Positions 32,362 to 49,089 of a DNA stretch of 64,000 nt are shown in pieces. The first letter of the stretch is position 1. Every line of letters begins with the position of its first letter. The notes under the pieces were generated by a model. That model saw only the letters and a list, made by a program, of their open reading frames with translations, searched no databases and was not told where the DNA came from. The position numbers were made by a program, and so were the translations under genes. Where the stretch lies: contig OZ024751.1 of NCBI GenBank assembly GCA_964016885.1, positions 38,130,001 to 38,194,000 on the forward strand, in the 5' to 3' direction. Source of the DNA: Eledone cirrhosa. Lineage: Eukaryota.

Positions 32362-33185
32362 TTGTTTCTACTTTTGGCACAAGGCCAGCAATTTCCAGTA
32401 CATTACTGGTACTTTATTTTATCGAAGCCGTAAGGATGAAAGGGAAAGTTAACCTCGGCGGGATTTGAACTCAGAAGGCAAAGGGCCGTAACTCTACCGA
32501 TACTACCAAATCACCTGATAATAATTATTTCTACTTTGGCACAAGGCCAGCAATCACCCAGTGCGTTACTGGTACTTTATTTTATCGAACCCGTAAGGAT
32601 GAGGGGAAAGTTAACCTCGGCGGGATTTGAACTCAGAAGGAAAAGGGCCGCAACTCTACCGATACTACCAAATCACCTGATAATAATTATTTCTACTTTG
32701 GCACAAGGCCAGCAATCACCCAGTGCGTTACTGGTACTTTATTTTATCGAACCCGTAAGGATGAGGGGAAAGTTAACCTCGGCGGGATTTGAACTCAGAA
32801 GGCAAAGGGCCGCAACTCTACCGATACTACCAAATCACCTGATAATAATTATTTCTACTTTGGCACAAGGCCAACAATCACCCAGTGCGTTACTGGTACT
32901 TTATTTTATCGAACCCGTAAGGATGAGGGGAAAGTTAACCTCGGCGGGATTTGAACTCAGAAGGTAAAGGGCCGTAACTCTACCGATACTACCAAATCAC
33001 CTGATAATAATTGGCACAAGGCCAGCAATTACCCAGTGCATCACTGGTACTTTATTTTATCGACTCCGTAAGGATGAAAGGCAAAGTTAACCTCAACAGG
33101 ATTTGAACTCAGACCGTAAAGGGACGTAACTATGCTAGAAAGCATGGAGTCCAACCCTCTACCGATACTGCCAATTCACCTGATA
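32362..33185 (-). mobile_element. Head-to-tail array of five SINE copies
   Basis: cctga marker at 32514, 32676, 32838, 33000 (162-bp period) and 33179; the first four units share an internal deletion, the last unit has that segment. Confidence 0.9.
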
Positions 33186-33348
33186 ATAATATTCACAATA
33201 ACAATAAACTGGAGCATTTATTACTACAGAAATAACTATAATAGTTTTTGATGTAGGTGTTAGTTCAACAAATTTGTTGGGGTAGGGGAAGTCGATTAAA
33301 TGAACCCGAGTGCGTTCCTGGCATATTATTTATCGACCCGTTGATAAA

Positions 33349-33533
33349 GGGCGGTGGATTGGCAGTATCAGTAGAGGGTCGGACGCCATGCTTTCCAGCA
33401 TAGTTACGTCCCTTTACGATCTGAGTTCAAATCCTGCCGGGGTTGACTTTGCCTTTCATCCTTACGGGGTCGATAAAATAAAGTACCAGTAATGTACTGG
33501 GTATTTGCTGGCCTTGTGCCTAAAGTAGAAACA
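33349..33533 (+). mobile_element. tRNA-derived SINE with 18-bp TSD, nested in an older antisense SINE
   Basis: attatttatcgacccgtt at 33325-33342 and 33534-33551. Confidence 0.85.
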
Positions 33534-34178
33534 ATTATTTATCGACCCGTTAGGAAGAAAATAGGGACTACTAAGCACATCACATATATTAGGAAGAGTA
33601 TCATCAATACAGAAAATAGCAATACTAGCCACAGCAACGGAACAGCTTGCTGAGGAAAATGGCTGAACATTCCACACTCACAGGTATCCTTAACGTAGAT
33701 CTTAGAAAGATTCAGTGTGTGTGTGTTTGTGTGAAGAATAACACGAGGTATTTTCACATAAATAGTCATAATGATTATTGCCAGTTACGAACGTTTCACA
33801 GATCGTTGGCTCAAGGTCCAGTTTTGCGTTATAGACCCGACTCCAGTATCAATAATCACAGCAGACTTGCTAATCAACAGAGAGAAAAAGACCAATAGAT
33901 ATACAGATATCCATATCAGTATATATGTTTACATACAGACATAGGTACACACAAACGTACATATATATGCACGCATGCATATATGTATAAACAAATTGAT
34001 CGCTACTTACAAATATTGATTGGGGTTTTAATGTATGTTACTGTAGAAATATATAGCAGATAATGGTAGTTAAAAAATATATATTGATCTCTAGTTTGCA
34101 ATTAATCAGCAGAAAAATGAGAGAATATAAATCTCAGTACATATGCACATATATTTCCTATACATACCTACATACACA

Positions 34179-34290
<112 letters not shown>

Positions 34291-34478
34291 TATATATATA
34301 TATGTGTATATATATATGTGTGTGTGTGTTTGAGTGTAATGGCATATGCATATAAATGCGTCTGTATATTCATAAAGAAAGATAAAACATATACTCAACA
34401 TCCATACATATTCATAAAATCTGATTTACGAGACACGAACAAAAGAAATGCCCGACTGAAAACAGTGTTATAAATTTG

Positions 34479-34535
<57 letters not shown>

Positions 34536-34564
34536 ATGCATGTATTTATACCAGTAAGTGAATG

Positions 34565-34602
<38 letters not shown>

Positions 34603-34836
34603 GAGAGAGAGAGAGAGAGTGAGAGTGAAGGAGGGGGGGGGGGGGAGAAATACATAGATAAATTGATAGGTAGATAGATCGGTAGATTTACATAAAGTCT
34701 ACTTTGATAGATATATTTAAAGACAGAAAGATAGAACTGCAAATATATCAAAAGTTAGCTCCGTAGCTAGCTAACTAATCATCAATTGAGATAGAAAGAT
34801 ACGTAGACACAAACACATACTCTCACATAAACTTTC

Positions 34837-34880
<44 letters not shown>

Positions 34881-35475
34881 TCACACACACACCCATTCAC
34901 ACACACACACGCACATACTCACACACACACACACACACACAGAGTGAAAAAGAAAAAAAAATGACAGACAGAGAAGGAGTGATCAGTAAAAGAAAGAAAT
35001 ATAAGATGAGAGTGTAAATAATCATATGAAATATACAATATTTATTTTCCAACAGACGAACAGATAAACGATCAATAAATTAATTTACGTCTCATAGTAT
35101 TTGATAAGTTAAAGAAGAAGTATTGCTTCGAGGCTGTACCGCCCACGGATCGATAACAATTCTCTGAACAGAAATTAAACTGTTACCACCTATTTCTAAC
35201 TTAGCTAAAATCCCCACCCGTTTCTTTATAGCTCCACCTACATTAAATACACTAGTAGAATACGTTATTACTTTATAAAAGGAACACAAAAAAATGAAAT
35301 AATTAATAAGTTCTCTGATGCCGTGTTTATACCAGACATTTTAATTAACTGTAAGGAATAAGTTGGCCCAACAATTACTTGTATTTCTCTTAAATGAAGA
35401 ACAATTTAGCACAGACAAATGAAGAATACTTAGCTCACAGCTTAGGTTGATTTTAGAATTAATTGCAAGTTTTAA

Positions 35476-35685
35476 CCCTTTAGCATTCACATTACTCTAT
35501 ATATACTATTATATTTTCATGGTAAATATTTTATCTGACATAATTATCTCACATAATATCGAATCTATGAGATTTTGAAAGTATTTATTTTGAGAACAAT
35601 ACCTTAACATCAGTTTGAGCAACCAGTTAGAGCCAGTTTCAAAAGAAAGAGGTAGAGAATTCTGGCCAGTTTGAACATTAAAGGG
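35476..35685. mobile_element. piggyBac-like MITE
   Basis: TTAA-ccctttagcattca ... tgaacattaaaggg-TTAA: imperfect TIRs with TTAA duplication. Confidence 0.65.
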
Positions 35686-35884
35686 TTAAATATGAGATTT
35701 TCACATTTTATAAGAGCTATATAAACCACGACTATGATTGTATTAGAGGATATCAGAGGATAATAACTATCCCAGTAGGTGCCGGATAAATTAATATTAG
35801 ATGTTCATTTTATAAAGAAAAAAATAAGGATATTGTATCAGGCTTAGTGAAAGAGGTTTTAAAATGCTAATGCCTAAACAAATA

Positions 35885-35950
<66 letters not shown>

Positions 35951-36084
35951 GTTAGTTCCATAACAAAATAGCACACCATACATGAGGACGCATGTGTCAC
36001 CGAACTTGTCCTAGGAATAGAGTGCTCTAATTGCAGGTATAACCTCCCGGTTGTTTTTACCACTATATATATATATATATATAT

Positions 36085-36278
36085 AACGAAGGAAATGTGG
36101 TAAGGAACCAGGTGGACCATAACGCTCCAAAGTACTCAATACTTGAGGTAGTAGAGTGGGTAATAGGAACCAGTAAGACCCCGACAGCTGAGCTCAAGCC
36201 GTATCGACGGCTAATTCTGGACCCAGAATTAGCCGTCGAAACGGCTTGAGCTCAGCTGTCGGGGTCTTACTGGTTCCT
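36085..36278. mobile_element. Family A inverted-repeat element
   Basis: Junction gacggctaattctgg-ac-ccagaattagccgtc; nearly identical to 26782-26987; (TA)n flanks. Confidence 0.8.
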
Positions 36279-36304
36279 ATATATATATATATATATATAT
36301 ATAT

Positions 36305-36570
36305 TCTTCTCCAACTTATACCTGAAAGGGTAGTGGAGACAGAGTCCTCAAAACCTCCTTCCAGCAGGTCCTGTCAGAAACAATCATCTCCATCTATTCC
36401 GGCTGGAATCCCAAGCGAGACCACCCGTTCTCATGGATGTTATCTAACAATCTTGCTCGGTCTACCCCTGGGTCTTCTGCAGGTTGGTTTTGCCCGTACA
36501 ATCTGTCCTCCGATTCTTTCCTGAGACATTCTAACCTCATGACCATAGTATCGGAACTGTGATCTCTCAA
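36305..36570 (-). mobile_element. RTE-clade LINE 3'-end fragment
   Basis: Translation IERSQFRYYGHEVRMSQERIGGQIVRAKPTCRRPRGRP resembles the RTE C-terminal LRWxGHxxRM...GxRxRGRP motif. Confidence 0.7.
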
Positions 36571-36763
36571 TTACAAGGCCAGCAATTACCAGTCCATTAC
36601 TCGATAAAATAAAGTACCAGTAATGCACTGGTAATTGCTGGCCTTGGGAATATTTGGTTACACACACAGACACACAATTATATATATATATATAATAGAT
36701 ACATGTAAATAGACACACAATTATATATATATATATATAGATATATGTAAATATACACACTAT

Positions 36764-36822
<59 letters not shown>

Positions 36823-37004
36823 TAGATATATGTAAATATACGCACTATTATATATATATATATATAGATAGATATATGTAAATATACACACTATTATATA
36901 TATATACATAGATATATGTAAATATACACACTATTATATATATATACAATTATATATATATATATATATATATAAATGAAAGTAATATATATAAATATAT
37001 AAAT

Positions 37005-39054
<2,050 letters not shown>

Positions 39055-39731
39055 CATAATAAATCAGTGAAAGAAAATAAGTTGTTTAGGTGTCTGGTAT
39101 TTAAATATTATTCTGCTGCGGTTAGTCTTGTATTCTCAGACTGATGCCACTCTTATTAATAGTATTATTATTATTATAATTATTATTATTATAATTATTA
39201 TTATTATTATTATCAACGTTCTTCTTGTTTCTTTTTCATTTTCTTAAATAATATATTTCCCTTTCCCAAATAGTTTTGACATTTGAATAGAAGGAACATT
39301 ATTTTTGAGGTGACATGTAATTTTTAGTCTGTATCGTAACGATTTTATTTCTGTCTATATTATATATAATTTCTTGAAATATATCTCCTGGAAATGTTAT
39401 CACATAAGAAAACATTAATCTTATATAGTGTAGGCTATATTAAGATGAGGCTGGTTATGATTAGCGTTGATCAGTTGAATAAATTATTACGTACGTATGG
39501 GTTTACAGTTTGTATTATGTCAGTGTTGCTGTGTTCAAATCTCGATTGGGTTGGTTTTGACTTTCATCGTCTCGAATTCGATAAAATAAATTTCCAATAC
39601 TACACGTTGGTAGAATTCATCGACATCACCTTCCCCAAAATTCGATGCTTATTTCGGATAAGATAATTACTTAATCCAAACGTTATGTTTTTGTAGCTGA
39701 GAAAATGTCTTTTGTGCGATGGAACCTTGTT

Positions 39732-41327
39732 AGTCAGATGGGCTGAACATTTCAAGGAAGTCCTCAACCGATCGGAGCCACGTGTGCCAGCAGACACTAA
39801 GGAACCTACTAGTTTGTTGCCTATCGATACTGATGACTTCACCGAGCAGGAAGTCCGCATGGCCATCAAAACCCTTAAGAATAACAAGTCACCAGGTATG
39901 GATGGCATTTCTGCTGAAATGCTGAAGTCAGGAAGCGAAAGCATGGTCAAGTGGATGGGCCACTTATGTAATCTTGTGTGGAACACGGGTGAAGTCCCAG
40001 AAGATTGGAAAAACGGAGCCGTTGTCTGTATCCCCAAGAACCTTGGCGATTGTGACAACTGGAGGGGAGTGACACTTCTCTCCATACCAGGGAAGGTCTA
40101 TTGTCTGGTGATCCTGAACCGCATACGTGGCATGGTAGACCGGGAACTGTGAGAACAACAGGCAGGGTTCCGACCAAAACGTTCCTGTGCAGAGCAGATC
40201 TTTATGCTTCGCCGCATCATTGAGAGGTACAACGAATTCCAGAGGGCCCTCGTCATCAGCTTCATCGATTTCTCCAAAGCATTCGATAGCATTCATCGGC
40301 CGTCACTCTGGAGCATCATGCATGAGTATGGTCTGCCTCAGAAAGTCATTTCGGCAATCAAACAGATTTACGCAAACTCGAAGTGCTGCATACGGACAGA
40401 GGATGGTTACAGTGACTGGTTTGAGGTGGTTACTGGTGTGCGTCAGGGTTGCTCGCTCTCTCCAATTCTCTTTGCCATAGCCATTGATTGGGTACTAAGA
40501 AGAGCGTCTAAAGACCAGGGTATATCTTGGGTGGGAGAGAAAAAGTTGTCTGACCTGGACTTTGCGGACGATATTGCTGCACTTGCAGAGAGCACAGCTG
40601 ACCTGCAAATCATTGTGAACAATATCAATGTCGAAGTAGGAAGCTTGGGTCTCAATATCAGTGCCAAGAAGACCAAAAGCATGTTATCTCATCACCAACT
40701 AGTGTCTTCATTGAACAGGTGGGAGGTGGAGATAGTGGACAACTTCACCTACCTAGGAAGCTCCATTAACAATGGACAGTGAATTGTAATGTAGAATGGG
40801 AAAGGCTTCAGCAGCATTTAACCAGCTTGACAAGATCTGGAAGAGCAGGAAGTTCACCCTCAAAACAAAGATGAGATTCTACAACAGCAACGTGCTGTCC
40901 ACACTTTTGTACGGAAGTGAAACATGGCACCTTAAGACCAGCCAAGAGAAGAAGTTGGACGCATTCGATTCCAGGTGTCTGCGAAAGATCCTGAGGATTA
41001 AATGGAGTGACCATGTAACAAACCAGGAAGTCATGAACCGCACCAACCAGCAGCTAGTCTCTTCTACCACCTGCAAGCGACGCCTGGGCTGGTTTGGACA
41101 CGCTTTGAGACTTCCCCAGGAGAGACTGGCGAACCAAGTACTTAAATGGAGCCCGCAGGGAAGCAGACGGAGAGGGCGACCCAATATGAACTGGCGCCAG
41201 ACAGTTGAGAGGGACCTGCGAGCGACAGACAGACAATGGCGGGACGCTGTGCAACTGGCTGCTGACCGAACGCGGTGGAACACTATGATTGCCTCATGCG
41301 TCGCAAGACGCGGGAGTTTCTGAATGT
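39732..41327 (+). mobile_element. 5'-truncated RTE-clade LINE, reverse transcriptase pseudogene
   Basis: Motifs KSPGMDGISAEMLK, VPEDWK, NWRGVTLLSIPGK, QAGFR, FIDFSKAFDSI, GVRQGCSLSPILF, FADD, LGWFGH...GSRRRGRP; in-frame TGA at 40150-40152; frameshift near 40780; TSD gaaccttgtt at 39722-39731 and 41328-41337. Confidence 0.93.
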
Positions 41328-41556
41328 GAACCTTGTTCATTTTATTAGTTCCATTTTATTTCAGTTCAGGGTGCAGTTACGAGAGAACTCTCTCTCTCTC
41401 TATATATATATATAAAGTCCCACAAAAATACTAACCAACAATACTTCAAGACATGTTTCACTTGAAGGGTTATTTAACTCGTGTGGAATTAACGCTCTAC
41501 CGAACTCGTCCTTTGGACCAAGTGCTCTACCAACTTTGAATATAACTTCCAGTTCT

Positions 41557-41656
<100 letters not shown>

Positions 41657-41954
41657 ACTGATTTTGGTCGGGAAATTATATAGAATTATAAATGTAGAGC
41701 ATTGAATATATCATTGGTTCAAAACATTTGACCATTGAATAACTGTAGCTTCTCTGGTGCTGTCGTTATTCATATATAGGTGTATATGTATCGAAACGGA
41801 TACATGCATTCAAATGGAAATATATTCAAACAACAGAGCTTAGACACATTTGGTATGTCTTGTTGACACACCCATACTTGCTCACACATTATATATATAT
41901 ATATATATAGTGACGAAACATAAATCAATTGCATGAACTCATAATCCTTTATTT

Positions 41955-42010
41955 ACTGCTATATATATTTCGATGATAGCCATTGAATGGATATGACCTC
42001 ATCAGGCAGT
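41955..42010 (-). ncRNA. Type I hammerhead ribozyme motif (family H)
   Basis: Reverse complement actgc-CTGATGA-ggtcatatccattcaatggctatcatc-GAAA-tatata-TA-gcagt; palindromic stem III; the element runs into (TA)n at ~41909. Confidence 0.8.
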
Positions 42011-42124
42011 TATTCAGTTCTTAGATATGCCAGCTTTGTGATTATATTTATACACATAAATACTTATATATTTATACACATACATTTATATTTATACGCA
42101 TACATACTTATATATGTGCGTTGC

Positions 42125-42223
42125 CTCCATTTGCTTATGAGAAAATTGATGTGTTTCGAAATTATATATATATATATATATGTATATAATTTCGACACAT
42201 CAATTTTCTCATAAGCAAATGGA
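42125..42223. repeat. Inverted repeat around a short (TA)n
   Basis: ctccatttgcttatgagaaaattgatgtg...cgaaatt / aatttcg.cacatcaattttctcataagcaaatggag. Confidence 0.8.
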
Positions 42224-42629
42224 GACACACACACATATATAAGTATGTATGTGTATAAATATATACATACATTATATATATATATAATGACAGGTAGAGT
42301 TTGATTGTCTAAGCAGGAAGGAGGACTTGAATGGGAAAGATATAGGTAGAAAACTTGAAGCAGATAAAAAGTAAATAGAATAAGACACATGCATATTTAT
42401 TAGAATTTTCCATAAAAGAGAAATGTCAGAGTAGAATCAGACACAAAGAATATAATGCATTGTTAAGACCGTATGTCTTGAAACATGAAGAAAAAAATAA
42501 CCAAACTTTGTTAATTATATACAGTAAGTCTTTGAAAATATATACAAAGGAATATTAAAACATAATATTTTTAATTATAAAAGAATAACTTATTAAAATG
42601 GGCCGACGTTTATACTTTATTTCTATGAA

Positions 42630-42762
42630 TGACCTAGTGGTTAGCGATTTGGGCTCACGATAATTAGGTCTTGGTTTCGATTTTCAGACCGGTCGTTCTA
42701 CCTTTATTTGAAATATATTTCATTTACCATTACTCCAGTATATTCTGCTGAAAATGAGTACG
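42630..42762 (+). mobile_element. Old tRNA-derived SINE of a second family
   Basis: A-box-like gacctagtggttagcg, B-box-like gtttcgattttc, downstream ctgctgaaaatgagtac. Confidence 0.5.
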
Positions 42763-42951
42763 AACGTGTGTGTGTGTGTGTGTAGGGTGGGGGATGATAG
42801 CCCTGCAACAGATACATAGCTAAAATTCAGACTAATGGTTTTATGTAAATATCAGATTAAAACGGTTGAAATAACTATCAGTCACCTCGATTCACGAAAC
42901 ATCGTATCAAAGAAACAAGTAATCATTACACACACACAAATGTATATATAT

Positions 42952-43014
<63 letters not shown>

Positions 43015-43245
43015 TGTGTGTGTGTGTGTGTGTGTTAAATTACACTAACCATTATAATATTTAATCATTCACTAAATCAGACCTCAATACTAGGGGATAC
43101 AATTTAGAAAAATTACATATATGTAAGTGGTAGATAGATTGATAGATAAAGATAGATAGATTGGTCCCTGAACGTAGCACCTGGTGATGTACTGGAAACG
43201 TGAAAGAGGAGCAAGATGGATTCGATGCAATAAAGTATATATATA

Positions 43246-43381
43246 TAATTGTTTCTACTTTAGGCACAAGGCCAGCAATTACCCAGTGCATTACTGGTAC
43301 TTTTTTTTATTTTATCGACCCCGTAAGGATGAAAGGCAAAGTCAACCTCGGCGGGATTTGAACTCAGATCGTAAAGGGACT
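43246..43381 (-). mobile_element. 5'-truncated tRNA-derived SINE
   Basis: Reverse complement of the B-box, core and tail. Confidence 0.85.
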
Positions 43382-43892
43382 TATATATAATGGAAAATGA
43401 CTTCAAAAAGGGTTAACAAACAAAACGTAGGCAATTTTTGTGGTGGTGTAAATGATACAGTGACAAACAAAAATATTTGAGGAAAGAAAAGAGATGAACA
43501 ATCGCTAAAAAACATACTAAGCTGAACCAATACAACAATAATCTCACACAAAATTTTACACAAAACAACACATTCACATACATCTTTGTTCTGACCCCGA
43601 CGCTTCTTGTAATGAATTCTGTAGCTGTATATTAAGGAATGAAAAGTGCTATAAACATGAACATCTGTACAATTCCTTCCAATATATTCTGAAAATGATA
43701 TCGATAACGATCAAGAATGTAAACGGTTGTTATTGATATAAGTTAGATATAAGTTCCAACTGGTACAATAATAATGGTAAATGGCTACAATTAGAAATAT
43801 TATCATCACGATATGAAAAAGTTTGGGCGAGAATGTTATTATCATATATTTACTCGATAGTTAAACATTGGTGTTAGCTTATTACCAATATT

Positions 43893-44088
<196 letters not shown>

Positions 44089-45133
44089 TATGTGTGTGTG
44101 TGTGTGTGCGCGTGTGTGTACTTATCAGTAACAATGAATAATCACTTTATTTAGGTTGAGATACTGTAATAAAGTTCTGCAGCTTTAGGTAACATCACTA
44201 TCGGAATATAATTATTTACTTTCCAAAGAGTATGTAGGTTTCAATAAAGAGATAAATGAAGACAACTGAAGAATTGTAATTCTTTTAAATATATTTAGCT
44301 GAGTACGTTTGTAGTCTCGCTTAATTGTGATATTTGTTTGTTTTCAATTCAATTTTGTAACTAGTCATTCCATTTCATCACATAACTTTAAATAAATGTT
44401 GTATGTAAAATATTTTCTACTTGTCAATATTTTTATACTGACTAGTAATTCCCCCATTTAGGGAATCCATAGAATTTTGGCATTATAAGAACCTCTACTT
44501 CTAAATATCTTGTAATATTTACAAAATGATTGTAATATTTTCCCTAGGCCAGTAGAAAAATAAAAAACAAAAACTATTATTGGTTTTTAAAATATATTTC
44601 ATTGTTCTAAATATTTCTCAGATGATCTATAAATATAGTTTGTAACAGTACATTCTCATCTCTGGATGTTCAACAGGAGCAAATGAGGACATTTTAAGAG
44701 ATTAACCATGTCTGCCAGCATTTATATGGGCATACAATACCCTTACTGAAAGCATGGTGAATGCTATCGAGTCGAAATAGATTACGAATGAGAGTTGTCC
44801 CTAAGATCGTATTCTGCTGAAAGATTCGCTATTACTTCATTTAAAAGATTTCAAGTGTATGTAGATGCAAGGCATGTAAAGCGAACTTCTTAACCATTTA
44901 GTCATGCTGCATCGGGAGGTCCTACGAAGAATATGAACTGAATGCAAAACAGTATTGCAGATTATTTAATCTATTCAATTTTAATTAGAGCCACTTAAAA
45001 TGATATCACTAAAAACATATTTATTCCAATGGGAGTTACATACTTTACAATCTCGGTAGTGTCTAAAATTTTATTTCCTTTTCTTCTAAAATATCAATGA
45101 ACGGATTTATATTCATACAACGTTCAGATGTCA

Positions 45134-45251
<118 letters not shown>

Positions 45252-45597
45252 GTATATCTGTATATATATATTTATATATATATATATAACAGGTAAAAAA
45301 AAAGAAAACCTGTATAAATAAATAGATAAACTAAAAATATAGAAACCAGTTAAAACCATTGCACTCTGAACATTAAGATCTCTTACTTTCATAAACTATA
45401 TATACACACACACCTTATATATATATACGTATATACTCACATGTACATACACGTACATATATACATACACGCATGCATATACGTACATAATATAATCATT
45501 AGTAACCCCTGTCAAGAAGTGAGAAAATATGGATGCATCCTTTTTATTTCGATATTTATGGTCTGAAAATAATCTTAAATACGTATATATACATTAA

Positions 45598-45637
<40 letters not shown>

Positions 45638-46059
45638 GCAACGTACACACACATATATGTACGTAGAAACCAAAAGAAAAAGAAACGCAACATATATGTT
45701 TTCTGGGAGAATATATGTGCTTATATTTGCGAAAAAAATATCTAAAGTGCTATATGCTAGTCATGTATATAATAAGATTACAGACCTTGATGAAAGAAAG
45801 TAATAACAAAAATAGGAAACCTCTCTATTTCCCGCCGCCATGCAGTTGTTGGATTTGTTCACCCCCCTGGGAAAGATTTTCTCCTCATATATTTTATAAC
45901 AATATACTATCCATCACACCCAGTACAAACACACCGACATATATACATATATACACTGGGACATATACATACACACGAATATTTGTACACATACGTATAC
46001 TTATACAAATACTTATATATACATACACACACATATGCGTATATATATATATATACGAA

Positions 46060-46094
<35 letters not shown>

Positions 46095-46332
46095 ACACAC
46101 ACACATATATATATATATACATACACACATACATACGTATATATATATATGTCCGTATATATATTTATATATATATAGACACACACACATATATATACAT
46201 ATACATACACACATCACAGACATACGTATATATATGGACACACACACATATATACATACACACATACGTACGTATATATATATATGTACGTGTATATATA
46301 TATAGACACATACACATATATATTTACATATA

Positions 46333-46384
<52 letters not shown>

Positions 46385-48711
46385 TATATACACATACAGG
46401 CTCTAACACTTTTTTACGAGTTGTTCTTTTAACCATTACTCTACATTGGAATTTATATCCAGATCTCCTTATATTTGAGATGAACAGTTCTACATTTTCG
46501 CTATTGCTGCAGGAATTATCATAGAAATCCATATTATATTCTACTATTTTTTCATTGCTATTTTTGTTTTAATTCAGTTTATGCTCACCCTCCATCTCTT
46601 TTCTCTCAATTTATTATTCTCGAACTTCCATATTTTTTTCCTCTACTTAGTTTTGTGTCTGTAGACATTTACATATTTTAACGGCATATTTTCTTTCTTT
46701 TTTATATTTTCCTCATTTTTGCTGTTTCGAAAATATTCAGAAAACAAAAAAAAATTACATATTTGATATTCTATGGTTGGAAAATGATTCCATCTTTTCC
46801 ATTTTGAAGGACATTCAAATCCGAAATATCTAGACATTAATATTATAGGTAGGTTTTTGGCCTTGCAAACACAGAGAAATCAATACTTCAGCTAGTCTGT
46901 AGAATTGAATATAATTTTTCTGAAGCTATTTTCACAATTCAGTTCCATAATCTTCACGTATACACATTTAATGTTGTTTGTCTATAAAATAAGTAAATTG
47001 TTATCTTCTTTCTTATAATATTATATAGTTTTCTTAATGTACATTACAATAAATATACACAAAAATATTATTCAAATATTTTCATGTCTCAGGTTTACTT
47101 TTGCTAACAGATTTTCGATTTTATAGTTAAATCTATCTAGATGATATATATTTATTTGATCAAATTACTCTTTTTATGTAAGTCCTATGTTTGCTTTCTT
47201 CATTGCTTGAATCCTCGACTCCATTCCTCGAATGGTGTGCTCAATCACGAGTATGACATATAAGAGATAGTGGCTGATACAGACTTCAGATTTACATATA
47301 GCGGGATCAATTACTCTATAATTCTGTGATTGTTATGTTCCGGTGCCAGCCGCTGAGGGATCTGAAGGGTCATCTTCGCATGGATGAATCTAAGAGAGAA
47401 CTGACCATTATCAAGAGGGTTCTGACATTCGAAATTGAGGGGACGGCCCTCAATGAAGTGGAATAAATCAGCACTACGTCATCTTCATAAAATTTGATCC
47501 ACCAAGATATCAAAATGCTTCAATATTCCTTTTCTAAATAGTTTTTAACTGTTAAGTCCCAAAACTCTTCTGATTATTTATATTACTTTTAAACATAACC
47601 AATGCCATAATATTTGTCTCTATATTCCATAAGAAACATGCAATAGAAAAACGAAAACAATTATTAAACAATTGTGGTATATTCTACTGTATTAAATGAT
47701 TTACAAATCTTCATTATTTGCAAGACTAGATGCTACAACATTACCGTCGGAATAAACACTAATAACAATTTAATTCCTTCAGGTTAACACGTGGTAACAC
47801 ATGAACTGCAACATCTTAAAGTGGTCTTTCTAATATATGTTTTTAAAGTATCAAATAAGTCTCACTGTTGTAACTACTCTTCTAATACAATACCTTTAAT
47901 TCATGCTTTTGAACCGACTAATACCAGAGAAAATTTGCCAATGACTAGCCGCAATATTCAATGTAATTAAACTAGTAGTAGAACCAACCCGCCAGATCAG
48001 AATAGAAAAGTCATCAAAGTTTTACTTTTCCAGTCAACTTAATGTTTTAATGAAAGAGAAGGTAAAAACCTATGACTTGTCGCAGCCCCCGACGACGATG
48101 CTAACTTATCCAGGGATTTATTACAGATATTTATTCTCACGGAACACATAAAATTGGAGTTAAACATAGTTTTCATGTCGTCTTGTTCAATGGCTTGGAA
48201 ATGTCCAATATCAATGGATGATCGTTTAACTGCTCGAATTTCGGGTAACGACAAGCAATTCGGATGGAGAAAATTAAGCAGCAATTGATAAGTGTGATCG
48301 AATTATAAGAGAGCGTCTGCAGAAATGTACGATGTTATTGGGGCTTTATTACTTAATCACTCGAAAAAGAACGGTAATAAGAAAAGAAAATTGTAACGGC
48401 AAATAAGATAGAGAGAGAATGAGGGAGAAAAACAGAGAAGGAGAGAGAGAGAAAGAGAGGGTAGAGTTCCTTCAAAGTCGGCAGCCATGTTGATTTAAAC
48501 GACACTAATGTAAAGCAAAACGTATTTATCATCTGGAAGTAATTAACTGGTACATACAAAACCATACATCATTATGTTGCACGTATACACACAGAGAATA
48601 TATATATATATATATATACATATGTATATTATATACATATGTATGTGTGTTTATGCACATATGCGTGTATATATAAGCACGCAGGCATATAGACATCTAC
48701 AAATACGGACA

Positions 48712-48785
<74 letters not shown>

Positions 48786-48990
48786 GATACATATATAAAC
48801 AGATATGCGTACATAGATATGCGTGCCTATATTTACAGACATATATATATATATATATAGTGTGTGTGTGTGTATGTGTATTATTAACCCCTCTCAACAC
48901 TGTTTATCACAACACTAGGTATCAAAGCTGCTCTGTTAGTCATCAACCCTGCTTCTCTTTTAGAGGAAATCTCAACACACACACACACAC

Positions 48991-49089
<99 letters not shown>

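Noticed and set aside
48039-48330. Possible minus-strand exon after a tttctgcag acceptor
   Set aside because: Short frames with no recognisable domain and no partner exons identified.
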